Positions 41,737-52,337 of a stretch of 60,720 nucleotides of DNA are shown piece after piece. This DNA comes from Pseudomonadales bacterium (GTDB taxonomy: Bacteria; Pseudomonadota; Gammaproteobacteria; Pseudomonadales; JBECKS01). The number at the start of each line of letters is the position of its first letter. The stretch's first letter is position 1. The DNA lies in assembly GCA_040235395.1 (NCBI GenBank), contig JBECKS010000211.1, positions 1 through 60,720 of the forward strand. The letters are read 5' to 3'. A program made the position numbers and the translations under genes. The notes beneath the pieces are model-generated. The model saw only the letters and a program-made list of their open reading frames with translations. It searched no databases and was not told the DNA's origin.

Positions 41737-42684
41737 CTAACGCACCCTAACAATCCCTTCCATTTCCATAAATTCTTCCACACTCACATTCCAATAATTC
41801 ATTCCCTGAACATACTGAATAAAATAATCAACGAAGGCCATGACTTTTGTGGCTAACTGACGTCGACTTGGATAAACCAGAAAAAATTCCCTGCCTTCCA
41901 TAGGATATTCGAGCAAGATTGGAATCAACTCTCCACTGCTAACATGCTGATGAACTAAGGGTAATGGCAACAAGGCAATACCTTGATGATTTAATGCCAG
42001 CGAAACAATCACACTCATGTCGTTGGCCAAGAAACGACTGCTAGTACTAATCACCTTATCTCGTTCCAGTATTAAGGGAATATTTGGATGCTTAATAACA
42101 TTGTGCTGAGACAGCTCCTCTATCGTTTCAGGCTCTCCATGCTGTTTAAGATAAGCGGGCGTGGCACACAAGCACTGAACCGTTCTACCGATACATCGCG
42201 CTACTAAACTGGAGGGTTGCAATGGCCCAACACGAATAGCCACATCGACTTCTTCGTTAACAAGATCAATGACTCGATTATCAAGAAACAATTCAATGTT
42301 AATGTTGGGGTAATCTTTGAGAAACTGTTGGAAAACATCCAGGAAAAGTGGCGCTCCAAATGCCAAGGGTGCTGTCACTTTTAAGTGACCAGAAGGTTCG
42401 GATTGCTGCGATGCCAAACTCGCTTGTGCTGATTCCGCTTCTTCAACAATACGTTTGCAATGCTCAAGGTACATTTTCCCCACTTCTGTTAGCGTCATGC
42501 TTCTGGTGGTTCTGTTTATAAGCCTGGCATTCAAACGCTCTTCAAGCTGAGAAATGTGTCTGCTTATTGATGACTTGGGTATGGCAAGTTGTTTTGCCGC
42601 TTTCGTGAAACTGCCTTGCTCGGCCACCATGGCGAATAAGGCCATCTGGTTAAAATCCTGCTGCATCATAAGATTCAAGCCCAT
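41737..42684 (-). CDS. LysR-family transcriptional regulator
   Basis: N-terminal wHTH (FAMVAEQGSFTKAAKQLAIPKSSISRHISQLEERL) followed by a LysR substrate-binding fold. It is divergent from the RND gene. Confidence 0.9.
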   Translation of the reverse strand: MGLNLMMQQDFNQMALFAMVAEQGSFTKAAKQLAIPKSSISRHISQLEERLNARLINRTTRSMTLTEVGKMYLEHCKRIVEEAESAQASLASQQSEPSGHLKVTAPLAFGAPLFLDVFQQFLKDYPNINIELFLDNRVIDLVNEEVDVAIRVGPLQPSSLVARCIGRTVQCLCATPAYLKQHGEPETIEELSQHNVIKHPNIPLILERDKVISTSSRFLANDMSVIVSLALNHQGIALLPLPLVHQHVSSGELIPILLEYPMEGREFFLVYPSRRQLATKVMAFVDYFIQYVQGMNYWNVSVEEFMEMEGIVRVR

Positions 42685-42691
42685 GTCTTTT

Positions 42692-42707
42692 GTTCCATAT
42701 ATAGAAC
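42692..42707. promoter_or_regulatory. Candidate LysR-type dyad in the divergent intergenic region
   Basis: GTTCCATATATAGAAC, an imperfect GTTC-N8-GAAC palindrome, lies 8 nt upstream of the LysR start in the 75-nt LysR/RND intergenic region. Confidence 0.3.
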
Positions 42708-42759
42708 ATTAAGTTCAATTTATGGCAACTAGTTTGATTTTTAAAACAATAATAGAATC

Positions 42760-45111
42760 ATGATTTCTCTAAAGCAAGCACACTCTTTATTCGAGGAGCC
42801 TAGACGAATGACCAGCTCACAATACACCCAGCTCTTATATAAAAACCGCTACATAATAGTTTTGTTTGCTTTACTGCTTGCCATGGCGGCGGCGGCTGGC
42901 GGAAAAAATATTACCTTCAGTTCTGACTATCGTGTTTTCTTCGACAAGAGCAATGAACAGATGGCCGCCTTCGAGCGCCTCCAGAACACTTATTCGAAAT
43001 CTGACAATGTGCTCTTTGCCCTGCTTCCAAAAAGTAGAGATGCTTTTGATGTCAACACTATAAAAGCCGTTGGTCAGTTGACGGAAGCTGCCTGGCAATT
43101 ACCTTACTCATCTCGTGTAGATTCAATCACCAATTACCAGCATACCAGCGCTACCGAAGACGACCTGATAGTCGAAAATTTGATTGAAAACCCAGATGAA
43201 GCAAACGAGTCACAAAGAGAATATGCAAAAGAGATTGCCTTATCTGAGCCCTTGCTGATTAAAAGACTGGTGTCTGAAAAAGCTGATGTGACAGCTGTTA
43301 ACGTCACAGTACAAATGCCCACAGGTGATGAAAAAGCAGTGCGAATCTTGATGGAAAAATCGCGCGAACTTATCAGCATGATGGAAGAAGATTACCCCGA
43401 CATTGAATTTGCATTAACTGGGCTTGCACCGCTGAGTAACGCATTCGCTGAATCGGCTGAAAGAGATATTACAACACTGATACCCATGATGTTTGTACTC
43501 ATTATTCTGACGCTTGGCTTCCTCTTAAGATCATTCACTGCAACCTTGGTTGTCGTGTTGATAATTTTTATGTCCATCCTTACAGCAATGGGAATGTTTG
43601 GCTGGGCTGGGCGAGTGCTTTCACCTCCCACAACCGTTATTCCAACCATTGTGATGACCGTTGCCATAGCTGGCAGTATTCATATTCTCATTTCCTTTTT
43701 TAATGGACTCAAACTGGGCATGGATAAATTAGCTGCGATGGAACACAGCATGAAACTCAACTTTAAAGCGGTATTCATCACCAGCGTGACAACCATGTTT
43801 GGCTTTTTAAGCATGAACTTCAGTGAAGTACCACCTTTAAGAGAAACAGGAACCACCGTTTCGATCGGTGTTATAGCTGCATTTATTTTTTCTGTTACTT
43901 TTCTTCCTGCCTTAATGCTCATCCTTCCAATTAAAGCAAAAACCATAGATTCCGAAAAAGCTAGCTTAATGGCGCGTTATGCAGATTTTATTATTCGAAA
44001 TCATTTAAGTTTATTTATTGCTTCAATAGTGCTTGCCATTGCTCTGATTGCAGCTATTCCTTTAAACAAAATTAACGATGAATTTATTGGATATTTTGAT
44101 ACCAGTACACAGTTCAGAAAAGATACCGATCTCGTTGCACAACGTTTAAGTGGTATTTATACCATCGAGTTTTCTCTGCAAAGCAAGGATAGCGATGGTA
44201 TTAGCGAACCGGATTTTATTCGTGATCTTGATAACTTCTCCGGGTGGTTGAAAGGTTTTGAAGAAGTAGAAAACGTTTTCACACTAAGCGACATCTTTAA
44301 ACGCTTGAACAAGAATTTACATGGAGACGATGCAAGCTGGCATCGGATACCAGACAGTAAAGAGCTGGCCGCACAATACCTTTTGCTTTATGAAATGTCG
44401 CTTCCTTACGGCCTTGACCTTAATGATCAAATCAACGTTGATAAATCTGCAGTTCGAGTCGTTGTCACCTTGAAAAACATTTCTTCATTTAGAACATTGG
44501 AAATTGAAAAAGCTGCGCAAGACTGGTTAGCAGAAAATACTGGTTTTGATGCCGTATACGATTCCAGCCCTAACATCATGTTTTCTCACATTGGTGCCCG
44601 GAATGTACGTTCAATCATTGAAGGTTCATTGCTGGCTCTTATAGGAATTTCCTTACTAATGATTGGTGTATTGAGGTCACTTAAACTTGGCTTGATTAGT
44701 CTGATACCTAATCTTTTACCTGCAGCAATGGCCTTCGGTCTTTGGGGCATCTTTTACGGAAATCTTGGCTTATCAGTTACAAGCGCCATTGGAATGACTT
44801 TAGGTATCGTTGTTGACGATACCGTTCACTTTCTTGTGAAATACCGTATTGCAAGACTGGAAAAACAAATGAGCCCTCAAGATGCTGTCCGGTATGCATT
44901 CACTCATGTTGGGATGGCATTGTTTGTCACCACCTTTGTGTTAGTATCTGGTTTCATGATTCTAGCTAGCTCAAGCTTCCTGATGAATGCCCAACAGGGT
45001 GTCTTTACTGCTATGACTTTGGGTATCGCTTTAATTCTGGATTTTGTCTTTTTACCTTCTTTGCTTTTACTCAGTGAGGAGAGAAAACATGAAAAACAAC
45101 AGGCTCTATAA
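42760..45111 (+). CDS. RND-superfamily transporter of the MMPL/SSD (HpnN-like) type
   Basis: 783 aa. Two 6-TM bundles, each preceded by a large extracytoplasmic loop, and GxxxD-containing TM segments (GIVVDDTVHFL). The start could instead be the internal ATG (MTSSQY). Confidence 0.8.
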   Translation: MISLKQAHSLFEEPRRMTSSQYTQLLYKNRYIIVLFALLLAMAAAAGGKNITFSSDYRVFFDKSNEQMAAFERLQNTYSKSDNVLFALLPKSRDAFDVNTIKAVGQLTEAAWQLPYSSRVDSITNYQHTSATEDDLIVENLIENPDEANESQREYAKEIALSEPLLIKRLVSEKADVTAVNVTVQMPTGDEKAVRILMEKSRELISMMEEDYPDIEFALTGLAPLSNAFAESAERDITTLIPMMFVLIILTLGFLLRSFTATLVVVLIIFMSILTAMGMFGWAGRVLSPPTTVIPTIVMTVAIAGSIHILISFFNGLKLGMDKLAAMEHSMKLNFKAVFITSVTTMFGFLSMNFSEVPPLRETGTTVSIGVIAAFIFSVTFLPALMLILPIKAKTIDSEKASLMARYADFIIRNHLSLFIASIVLAIALIAAIPLNKINDEFIGYFDTSTQFRKDTDLVAQRLSGIYTIEFSLQSKDSDGISEPDFIRDLDNFSGWLKGFEEVENVFTLSDIFKRLNKNLHGDDASWHRIPDSKELAAQYLLLYEMSLPYGLDLNDQINVDKSAVRVVVTLKNISSFRTLEIEKAAQDWLAENTGFDAVYDSSPNIMFSHIGARNVRSIIEGSLLALIGISLLMIGVLRSLKLGLISLIPNLLPAAMAFGLWGIFYGNLGLSVTSAIGMTLGIVVDDTVHFLVKYRIARLEKQMSPQDAVRYAFTHVGMALFVTTFVLVSGFMILASSSFLMNAQQGVFTAMTLGIALILDFVFLPSLLLLSEERKHEKQQAL

Positions 45112-45916
45112 ATTAAGTTTCACATTCTCAATACTGATTGGTTTATTGGGATTTTCACACCTCTCACAGGCTCTCATGCTTGAAGGCACTGACGAAGAAA
45201 AGGGTCTTGCCATTGCCAAGGCCTCTAAAGCTAAAGGTGAAGGCTGGGGCGATAGCACCGGAAAAATGAAAATGATCCTGAGAAATGCTCAGGGCGAAAC
45301 AACAACAAGGGAACTCAGGATACTTTCTTTGGAAATGAAAGATGATGGCGACCGCAGCCTCTCTATCTTTGATACGCCTGCCGATATCAGAAACACTAAA
45401 ATGCTAACCTACGCGCACAACAACGCTGCTGACGAGCAATGGCTTTACCTGCCGGCTTTAAAACGTGTTAAACGTATTTCTTCAAATAGTAAATCAGGGC
45501 CATTCATGGGTAGCGAATTTGCTTATGAAGATTTAACGTCATTTGAAATTGAAAAGTTTAAATATAAATATCTAGGCGATGACAATTCTGCCAAATCACA
45601 CAATCTGGATTGTTACAAAATTCAAGCTATTCCGAATGATGAATACTCAGGTTATAGCAAACAAATTATCTGGATGGACAAAGCAGAACTCCGACCTATT
45701 CATATTGAGTATTATGATAAAAAAGGTGAACTTCTAAAAACTCAGGATTTTGACCAGTACAAGCTTTACCTGAACAAGTTCTGGAGAGCCATGGTTTCAG
45801 TCATGACCAACGTACAGACCAAAAAATCCACTGTGCTTGAGTGGAGTGATCTTGAATTCAACAAAGGTCTAAGCGAAGCAGACTTTCACCAAAACGTTCT
45901 CAAGCGTGTCATGTAA
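45089..45916 (+). CDS. LolA-like outer-membrane lipoprotein-sorting family protein (exported)
   Basis: ATG 45089 has a GAGGAG Shine-Dalgarno and overlaps the RND stop by 23 nt. Signal peptide LSFTFSILIGLLGFSHLSQA. WLYLPALKRVKRIS and GSEFAYEDL are typical of this family as I recall it. Confidence 0.7.
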   Translation: MKNNRLYKLSFTFSILIGLLGFSHLSQALMLEGTDEEKGLAIAKASKAKGEGWGDSTGKMKMILRNAQGETTTRELRILSLEMKDDGDRSLSIFDTPADIRNTKMLTYAHNNAADEQWLYLPALKRVKRISSNSKSGPFMGSEFAYEDLTSFEIEKFKYKYLGDDNSAKSHNLDCYKIQAIPNDEYSGYSKQIIWMDKAELRPIHIEYYDKKGELLKTQDFDQYKLYLNKFWRAMVSVMTNVQTKKSTVLEWSDLEFNKGLSEADFHQNVLKRVM

Positions 45917-45928
45917 CGATTTATTTCA

Positions 45929-45954
45929 CCCTTCCCTGTTAAATTAGGGAAGGG
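45929..45954 (+). terminator. Hairpin terminator after the LolA-like gene
   Basis: cccttccct-gttaaatt-agggaaggg, a 9-bp perfect stem, is followed by a pyrimidine-rich ttcctccttc. Confidence 0.5.
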
Positions 45955-46034
45955 TTCCTCCTTCATGCAAAAGAGCGACACAACTTAGTTTGTTTTGCTA
46001 AACTGCTGATTATCACTCAAGCAAATACTCACGC

Positions 46035-47894
46035 ATGAAAGCCTGGTCAACCCTCAAGAACCATCATCTCGAACAACTTATTTTCAGAAATCGCATTCAA
46101 TTTTCTTTTGCGGTTATTGGTCTTTTAAGTGTTATTTTGCTCTCACGATTATTCTATCTACAGGTCATTGAATACAAACGTTATCAAACTGCTTCAGATG
46201 AAAACCGAATTCAGGTAATTCCCCTACCACCGATACGCGGTCTCATTCTTGACCGTAATGGTTTGCTGCTAGCAGATAACAAACCGAATTTTGCACTCAC
46301 CATCATCGCTGAAAAAAGTAAAAATCTTGAATTAAGCTTACAGATGCTTGCCAATCTGATTCCTATTCAGGAAGAGCAGATTGAAGACTTCAAGGAAAAA
46401 GTAAATCAGCGCCGCAGACCTTTTGAACCGATTCTTCTTCGTTCAAAACTTACCGAAGAAGAAATTGCGATTCTTGCTGCTAACAGGCATCAGTTTCCTG
46501 AAGTGGAAATCGAAGGCGAACTGATTAGAAACTATCCTTACGGAGAAATATTTGCTCACTCCATTGGGTACGTTGGTCGCTTGAACGAACAGGAGCTTAG
46601 AAACCTGGAAGACCCTGGAAACTATAAAGGTTCAAATTATATTGGAAAGACAGGGCTGGAAAAATTCTATGAGAGCACACTTCATGGAACAACGGGTCTA
46701 CAGAAAATTGAAACCGATGCGCACGGAAAAGTACTGAGGATTCTGGATGAAAACCTTCCAACACCTGGTAACAACCTTCATCTGCATCTCGATTTTGAAT
46801 TACAGAAACTAGCAGGCGATTTGTTAGGTCAGCGGCGTGGTGCTGTCGTTGCTATCGAGCCTAAAACAGGAGGCGTATTGGCTTTTGTTAGCGGCCCTGC
46901 TTTCGACCCCAACCTGTTTGTTACAGGAATTAGCCAGAAAGACTACAGCGCTTTGCGTGATTCCCCCGATGAACCTCTTTTTAATAGAACCATACAAGGT
47001 CGCTATGCACCGGGTTCCACCATCAAGCCCATCGTTGGCCTTGCAGGTCTGGAGTATAAAAAAACCTACTGGTGGAAAAGTATTTATGATCCCGGCTGGT
47101 TCAAACTGGAAAATGATGATCGCCTGTACAGAGACTGGAAACGGGAAGGACACGGTAAAGTCAATCTGGAAAAAGCGGTTTACCAAAGTTGCGATACTTA
47201 TTTTTATGAATTAGCACTATCTCTTGGCATTGATAATATTCATAAATTCATGAATCCCTTTGGCTTCGGTCACAAAACTGGAATTGATATTGGGCCAGAA
47301 TCCAGTGGCATCTTACCTTCCAGGGAGTGGAAGAAAAAAACACGAGGCACTTTCTGGTATCCAGGTGAAACACTCATCTCTGGCATAGGTCAAGGTGATA
47401 TGTTGGCGACACCACTTCAGCTTGCATTAGCCACGTCCATTTTGGCAAACAAAGGTATTATTGTTGCGCCTAGACTTGTTCAAAGTATTGAAAACAGTGC
47501 ACACGAAAGACTGTCCCCTGAACAAAGAAGTCTGGGAAGCATTCAGTTAACTGATGAAAACAACTGGAATAAAATGTTTGAAGCCATGCGCAAAGTCATG
47601 CACGACTATCGTGGTACTGCCTTTGGTAGCGGTCGAGGCGCAAAATATAATATTGCAGGTAAAACTGGAACGGCGCAGGTAATCAGCATTGCTCAAGGTG
47701 AAGAATATGATGCAGACGAGATTGCCTTACGTCACCGCGACCACAGTCTGTTTATTGGTTTTGCGCCCATTGAAGAGCCTAGAATCGCGATAGCCGTTAT
47801 TATTGAGAATGGCGGTGGCGGAAGTTCTGCCGCTGCACCACTTGCAAGAAAACTACTCGATAACTATTTACTCAGAAAAAGTAATACGCCTTAA
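46035..47894 (+). CDS. mrdA: Penicillin-binding protein 2 (elongasome transpeptidase)
   Basis: SxxK (GSTIKP), SxD, and KTGTA motifs. Followed by rodA. Confidence 0.92.
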   Translation: MKAWSTLKNHHLEQLIFRNRIQFSFAVIGLLSVILLSRLFYLQVIEYKRYQTASDENRIQVIPLPPIRGLILDRNGLLLADNKPNFALTIIAEKSKNLELSLQMLANLIPIQEEQIEDFKEKVNQRRRPFEPILLRSKLTEEEIAILAANRHQFPEVEIEGELIRNYPYGEIFAHSIGYVGRLNEQELRNLEDPGNYKGSNYIGKTGLEKFYESTLHGTTGLQKIETDAHGKVLRILDENLPTPGNNLHLHLDFELQKLAGDLLGQRRGAVVAIEPKTGGVLAFVSGPAFDPNLFVTGISQKDYSALRDSPDEPLFNRTIQGRYAPGSTIKPIVGLAGLEYKKTYWWKSIYDPGWFKLENDDRLYRDWKREGHGKVNLEKAVYQSCDTYFYELALSLGIDNIHKFMNPFGFGHKTGIDIGPESSGILPSREWKKKTRGTFWYPGETLISGIGQGDMLATPLQLALATSILANKGIIVAPRLVQSIENSAHERLSPEQRSLGSIQLTDENNWNKMFEAMRKVMHDYRGTAFGSGRGAKYNIAGKTGTAQVISIAQGEEYDADEIALRHRDHSLFIGFAPIEEPRIAIAVIIENGGGGSSAAAPLARKLLDNYLLRKSNTP

Positions 47895-47909
47895 TAAAGA
47901 GCATACATT

Positions 47910-49055
47910 TTGCCTAATAGAGATTTTGAAAGACAGATATCAGGTTTAGAAAACAGTTCGAACAGAACGTTTTCGCTTATTCGTGCCATGCGTATTGATT
48001 TGGCTTTGTTCCTGCTATTACTTGCGTTGACATGCTTTGGTTTGATTGTACTTTACAGCGCTGCTGACCAGAACATGTCTACTCTATTCTCCCAAATACG
48101 TAAATTTGCAATTTCCTATGCAGCCATGCTGATTATTGCTCAAATTCCTCCACGCTTTTATCAACGGCTTTCTCCTCTTTTTTATTTCACTAGCCTCTGC
48201 TTTCTGATTGCAGTACTTGTATTAGGTACAGAATCTAAAGGTGCGCAACGCTGGATTATGATTCCTGGATTACCACGTTTCCAGCCGTCTGAATTCATGA
48301 AACTGTTTATGCCCATGATGATTGCCTGGTATCTGGCTGAACGTGTACTACCACCTAATAAGAAATATATTTTTGCAACCCTTGCCATGATTTTCATTCC
48401 TACTTTGTTGATTGCAAAACAGCCTGACCTTGGAACATCCATCCTTATTGCTTCTTCTGGATTATTTGTACTATTTCTTTCAGGTATAAATCTTCGCTTT
48501 ATTTTTTCCTCCATCTTTCTCGCCTTAGCAGCAGCTCCTCTCTTATGGATAAACATGCATGATTATCAGAAGCTACGGGTTCTCACCCTACTCAACCCTG
48601 AGAGAGACCCTCATGGTGCAGGCTGGAATATCATTCAATCAAAAACCGCCATTGGATCAGGCGGATTCACGGGAAAAGGCTGGCTTGAGGGCACACAATC
48701 TCAACTGGATTTTCTACCTGAAAGTACTACGGATTTTATTATTGCAGTGCTTGCTGAAGAATTTGGTTGGCTTGGTGTTTTTTTCCTTTTATTGCTTTAT
48801 CTCGGTGTTGTTGCTCGAGGCGTTCAGATTAGTATTGAAGCGCAAAACGCTTACAATCGTTTGTTAGCAGGTAGTATCACCTTAACTTTTTTTGTTTATG
48901 TTTTTGTCAATATTGGTATGGTTAGTGGTATATTGCCGGTGGTTGGTGTTCCCTTGCCATTGGTAAGTGTTGGCGGCACATCAATGTTAAGTCTTTTCGT
49001 TGGTTTTGGAATTCTAATGTCAATTCAGGGCCATAAAAGCTGGCTATCACATTAA
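47910..49055 (+). CDS. mrdB: Peptidoglycan glycosyltransferase RodA (SEDS family)
   Basis: 10-TM SEDS protein. QPSEFMK, PDLGT, LPESTTDFI and GVPLPLVSVGGTSM. TTG start at 47910, with no upstream ATG available. Confidence 0.9.
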   Translation: MPNRDFERQISGLENSSNRTFSLIRAMRIDLALFLLLLALTCFGLIVLYSAADQNMSTLFSQIRKFAISYAAMLIIAQIPPRFYQRLSPLFYFTSLCFLIAVLVLGTESKGAQRWIMIPGLPRFQPSEFMKLFMPMMIAWYLAERVLPPNKKYIFATLAMIFIPTLLIAKQPDLGTSILIASSGLFVLFLSGINLRFIFSSIFLALAAAPLLWINMHDYQKLRVLTLLNPERDPHGAGWNIIQSKTAIGSGGFTGKGWLEGTQSQLDFLPESTTDFIIAVLAEEFGWLGVFFLLLLYLGVVARGVQISIEAQNAYNRLLAGSITLTFFVYVFVNIGMVSGILPVVGVPLPLVSVGGTSMLSLFVGFGILMSIQGHKSWLSH

Positions 49056-49087
49056 TTCTCAAATAATAATTTTATTCAAAGTAGATT

Positions 49088-50113
49088 ATGCGCTTTCTCT
49101 TTAGATTCCTGACAGTATATTTACTCTTCTTTCTTTCATCTTCCAGTAATGCAGAAGATGAAAACTCCTACCTACAAAGGCCTGAATTACAGCAACTTAT
49201 TAACAAAGTATCTGACAAGCCCGGTCTCTCAAAAGAAAGGCTCGAAAAACTATTCAGTACTGTCAAAAGACAGGACAGCATACTCGAAGCCATCGCAAGA
49301 CCTGCTGAAAAAACAAAAACGTGGGCTGAATACCGACCTATCTTTGTTAATCAGCAACGCATTAATGGTGGTATCGAATTCTGGAAACAGCATCGTGACA
49401 CGCTTACAAGAGCTGAAAAAGAATTCGGAGTTGCGCCAGAAATCGTTGTTGCCATCATTGGTGTCGAAACACGCTATGGTCAACACAAGGGTAAATACCG
49501 TGTTCTGGATGCCTTATCTACGCTAGCGTTTGACTATCCTCCAAGAAGTCCTTTTTTCTATAAGGAGCTCGAGGAATATCTCTTGCTAGAGGATTATGCA
49601 GGCATCGATATTGAAAACACCCTTGGGTCTTATGCAGGCGCAATGGGTTATGGTCAATTTATTTCTTCAAGCTATCACAACTATGCCGTAGATTTTGATG
49701 GCGATGGAAAAATCGATCTCATCAACAATCCCGTCGATGCTATTGGAAGTGTTGCCAACTATTTTGCAAAACACGGTTGGATAAAAAATGAGCCCGTTGC
49801 CAGTCGTGCTTATATCGATGACAACATTGCAGATAAAGAAGAACTAGCCTCTTTGATAAACCCTAAAGAAATGAAACCTGAATTGAAAGTAAAGCATTTT
49901 TCAAAAGCAGGGCTCATAAGTCAGGACAGGCTTCACGGAAAAGAGAAAGTCACTGCCTATCAACTCAATGGTCAACAAGGAGAAGAATACTGGCTGTGTA
50001 CTAACAACTTTTACGTCATCACTCGCTATAACCATAGCCGTCTATACGCCATGTCTGTTTATCAACTTGGTGAAATGATTAAAATACAAATGGACTTTGG
50101 CCCCATACAATAA
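49088..50113 (+). CDS. mltB: Lytic murein transglycosylase B
   Basis: Signal peptide, AIIGVETRYG (catalytic Glu) and GAMGYGQFISSSY. Confidence 0.88.
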   Translation: MRFLFRFLTVYLLFFLSSSSNAEDENSYLQRPELQQLINKVSDKPGLSKERLEKLFSTVKRQDSILEAIARPAEKTKTWAEYRPIFVNQQRINGGIEFWKQHRDTLTRAEKEFGVAPEIVVAIIGVETRYGQHKGKYRVLDALSTLAFDYPPRSPFFYKELEEYLLLEDYAGIDIENTLGSYAGAMGYGQFISSSYHNYAVDFDGDGKIDLINNPVDAIGSVANYFAKHGWIKNEPVASRAYIDDNIADKEELASLINPKEMKPELKVKHFSKAGLISQDRLHGKEKVTAYQLNGQQGEEYWLCTNNFYVITRYNHSRLYAMSVYQLGEMIKIQMDFGPIQ

Positions 50114-50115
50114 AT

Positions 50116-50976
50116 ATGAATCCAAAGTTAGCAGCTTCAAATTCCATTTTTCGCCTCTCCTGCATTCTATTTCTCTGTATTTTCACGCTAAATTTTTGCC
50201 AGAATTTCAATCTCAATATTCACTTTGAACAGGAAGATGGTGGGCCTGATGGTGATATTGATCTGAGTGGCGTAAAGGAAGCCATACCACAAGAGGAAGA
50301 ATGGGCGCGCTACGGAAATCAAAGCCCTTATTACGTTCTCGGAAAAACCTATGAAGTGCTAGATACCAATGCCAACTTTTCACAATATGGCATTGCTTCC
50401 TGGTACGGAACCAAATTTCATGGGGAACTAACCTCAACGCGCGAAGCCTATGACATGTACGCCATGACGGCGGCACACAAAACGCTGCCACTTCCGAGTT
50501 ATGTCAGAGTGACCAATCTCGATAATAATCGACAGATTATCGTGCGCGTAAATGATCGCGGACCATTTGTTGATGGACGCATTATCGATCTTTCCTATGC
50601 AGCTGCACATAAGCTGGATATGCATGAGCAAGGCACAGCTCGCGTGTTCATTGAAACGCTTCCTCCCTTCATTACCCGACCTGACGCTGGAGCAACAAGC
50701 CAAAGCAAAACCGTCGTCAATGAAAAGGACTTCCCCGCTAATAAAAAGAATTATTTACAGATAGGTGTCTTCACAAATCCTGAAACAGCGGAGGCCTTGA
50801 AACTATCATTATCCTTAGTTATTGATATTCCAGTGTTTATTAAAAAAGATAAACTCGACAATAAGGTAATTTATAAAGTCCGTATTGGCCCCCTGCCCAG
50901 CTTTGAAGAACTACTGCGAACACAAACGCTTCTAGTTGAAAATAATTTTCCCGATTTCTACCTGATTAGTGAATAA
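50116..50976 (+). CDS. rlpA: Septal ring lytic transglycosylase RlpA (DPBB plus SPOR domains)
   Basis: GIASWYGTKFHGELTSTREAYDMYAMTAAHKTLPLPSYVRVTNLDNNRQIIVRVNDRGPF, followed by a C-terminal SPOR-like domain (YLQIGVF...YKVRIGP). Confidence 0.88.
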   Translation: MNPKLAASNSIFRLSCILFLCIFTLNFCQNFNLNIHFEQEDGGPDGDIDLSGVKEAIPQEEEWARYGNQSPYYVLGKTYEVLDTNANFSQYGIASWYGTKFHGELTSTREAYDMYAMTAAHKTLPLPSYVRVTNLDNNRQIIVRVNDRGPFVDGRIIDLSYAAAHKLDMHEQGTARVFIETLPPFITRPDAGATSQSKTVVNEKDFPANKKNYLQIGVFTNPETAEALKLSLSLVIDIPVFIKKDKLDNKVIYKVRIGPLPSFEELLRTQTLLVENNFPDFYLISE

Positions 50977-51106
50977 GACGGAATTTTCACCGTCCTGGCA
51001 TTTGATTTACTCCTCAGATTTAGCAGAATCTCATGTCCATGCTAGAATCCTGCGCTTCAGGTCTAAATTCTGCACTAGCTAATACGTATTAACTAAAGGA
51101 CTCATT

Positions 51107-52264
51107 ATGATTTTAGAACGCCATTCTATGCTTACTTTTCTAAGCAGCATCATTCTCTTTTTCAGCCTTCATACAAACGCCGCAGTATTAATACCAGATC
51201 CCCCAAAAATCGATGCCACTGCCTATGTGCTGATGGATGCAAAAACTGGCGAAATCATTACGTCTTATAACGCTGATGAAAAAATGCCTCCCGCTAGCCT
51301 CACTAAAATGATGACCAGTTACATCGTCACAGAGGAAATTCGCAAGGGAAATATTTCTGATAGTGACACTGTTCAAATCAGCATTAAGGCATGGAAAGCT
51401 GAAGGCTCTCGCATGTTCATTAAGGAAGGCACTTCCGTTTCTGTTCTTGATTTGCTTAAGGGTGTCATCATCCAGTCAGGAAATGATGCAAGCATTGCGC
51501 TTGCTGAATATGTTGCAGGTGATGAAAACTCCTTTGCTGATCTCATGAATCGCTATGCGCTGGAGTTAGGTCTCGAAAATACCCACTACATGAACGCAAC
51601 CGGTTTACCCGACCCCGATCATTACACAACGGCAAAAGACCTTGCCAAACTAGGTAGAGCCACCGTTTATAATCATCCCAAGTATTACCGAATCTACTCT
51701 CAGAAATCTTTTACTTACAACAATATCAAACAGGCAAACCGGAATAGTCTTATTTTTGGCGACATCCCTGTCGATGGCATTAAAACCGGTCATACTGAAG
51801 AAGCGGGTTATTGCCTGGTGGCTTCTGCTGAAGAAAATAACACGCGATTAATCAGCGTCGTTCTTGGAACCAATAGTGATCGTGCGCGCGCGAGTGAAAG
51901 CAAGAAATTACTCACTTATGGTTTTCGTTTTTACGAAACAGCTGAACTTTACAAAACTGGCGATGTAGTAGATGAACAAAGACTCTGGATGGGACAGAAC
52001 GACAGCATTCAACTTGGTGTAAGCAATGATCTATTGCTAACCATTCCCAAAGGCAGCAAGAAAGACCTGAGCGCAAACATTGATGTCAACACCTACATCA
52101 AGGCGCCAATTACTAAAGGACAAAAACTGGGAACACTTAAGATTAGTCTGGAAGGAAGAGTGATTGCTCAAGAAGAACTGGTAGCGCTGAACGACGAAGA
52201 AAAGGGTGGTTTATTCAAGCAGCTAATCGATTTTATAAAGATTTTTTTCAACAGTCTTTTCTAA
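51107..52264 (+). CDS. dacA: D-alanyl-D-alanine carboxypeptidase (PBP5/6 class)
   Basis: SLTKMMT (SxxK), SGND (SxN) and KTGHT (KTG). The C-terminal amphipathic anchor is present. Confidence 0.88.
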   Translation: MILERHSMLTFLSSIILFFSLHTNAAVLIPDPPKIDATAYVLMDAKTGEIITSYNADEKMPPASLTKMMTSYIVTEEIRKGNISDSDTVQISIKAWKAEGSRMFIKEGTSVSVLDLLKGVIIQSGNDASIALAEYVAGDENSFADLMNRYALELGLENTHYMNATGLPDPDHYTTAKDLAKLGRATVYNHPKYYRIYSQKSFTYNNIKQANRNSLIFGDIPVDGIKTGHTEEAGYCLVASAEENNTRLISVVLGTNSDRARASESKKLLTYGFRFYETAELYKTGDVVDEQRLWMGQNDSIQLGVSNDLLLTIPKGSKKDLSANIDVNTYIKAPITKGQKLGTLKISLEGRVIAQEELVALNDEEKGGLFKQLIDFIKIFFNSLF

Positions 52265-52285
52265 AAAATATTTTTCAAACCTGAA

Positions 52286-52315
52286 TAAAAAAGCCCAGTT
52301 AACTGGGCTTTTTTA
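52286..52315. terminator. Bidirectional rho-independent terminator
   Basis: aaaaaa-gcccagtt/aactgggc-tttttt lies between the convergent dacA stop (52264) and OmpA-family stop (52338). Confidence 0.8.
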
Positions 52316-52337
52316 TATCTACTAAAACTTTATGTGT

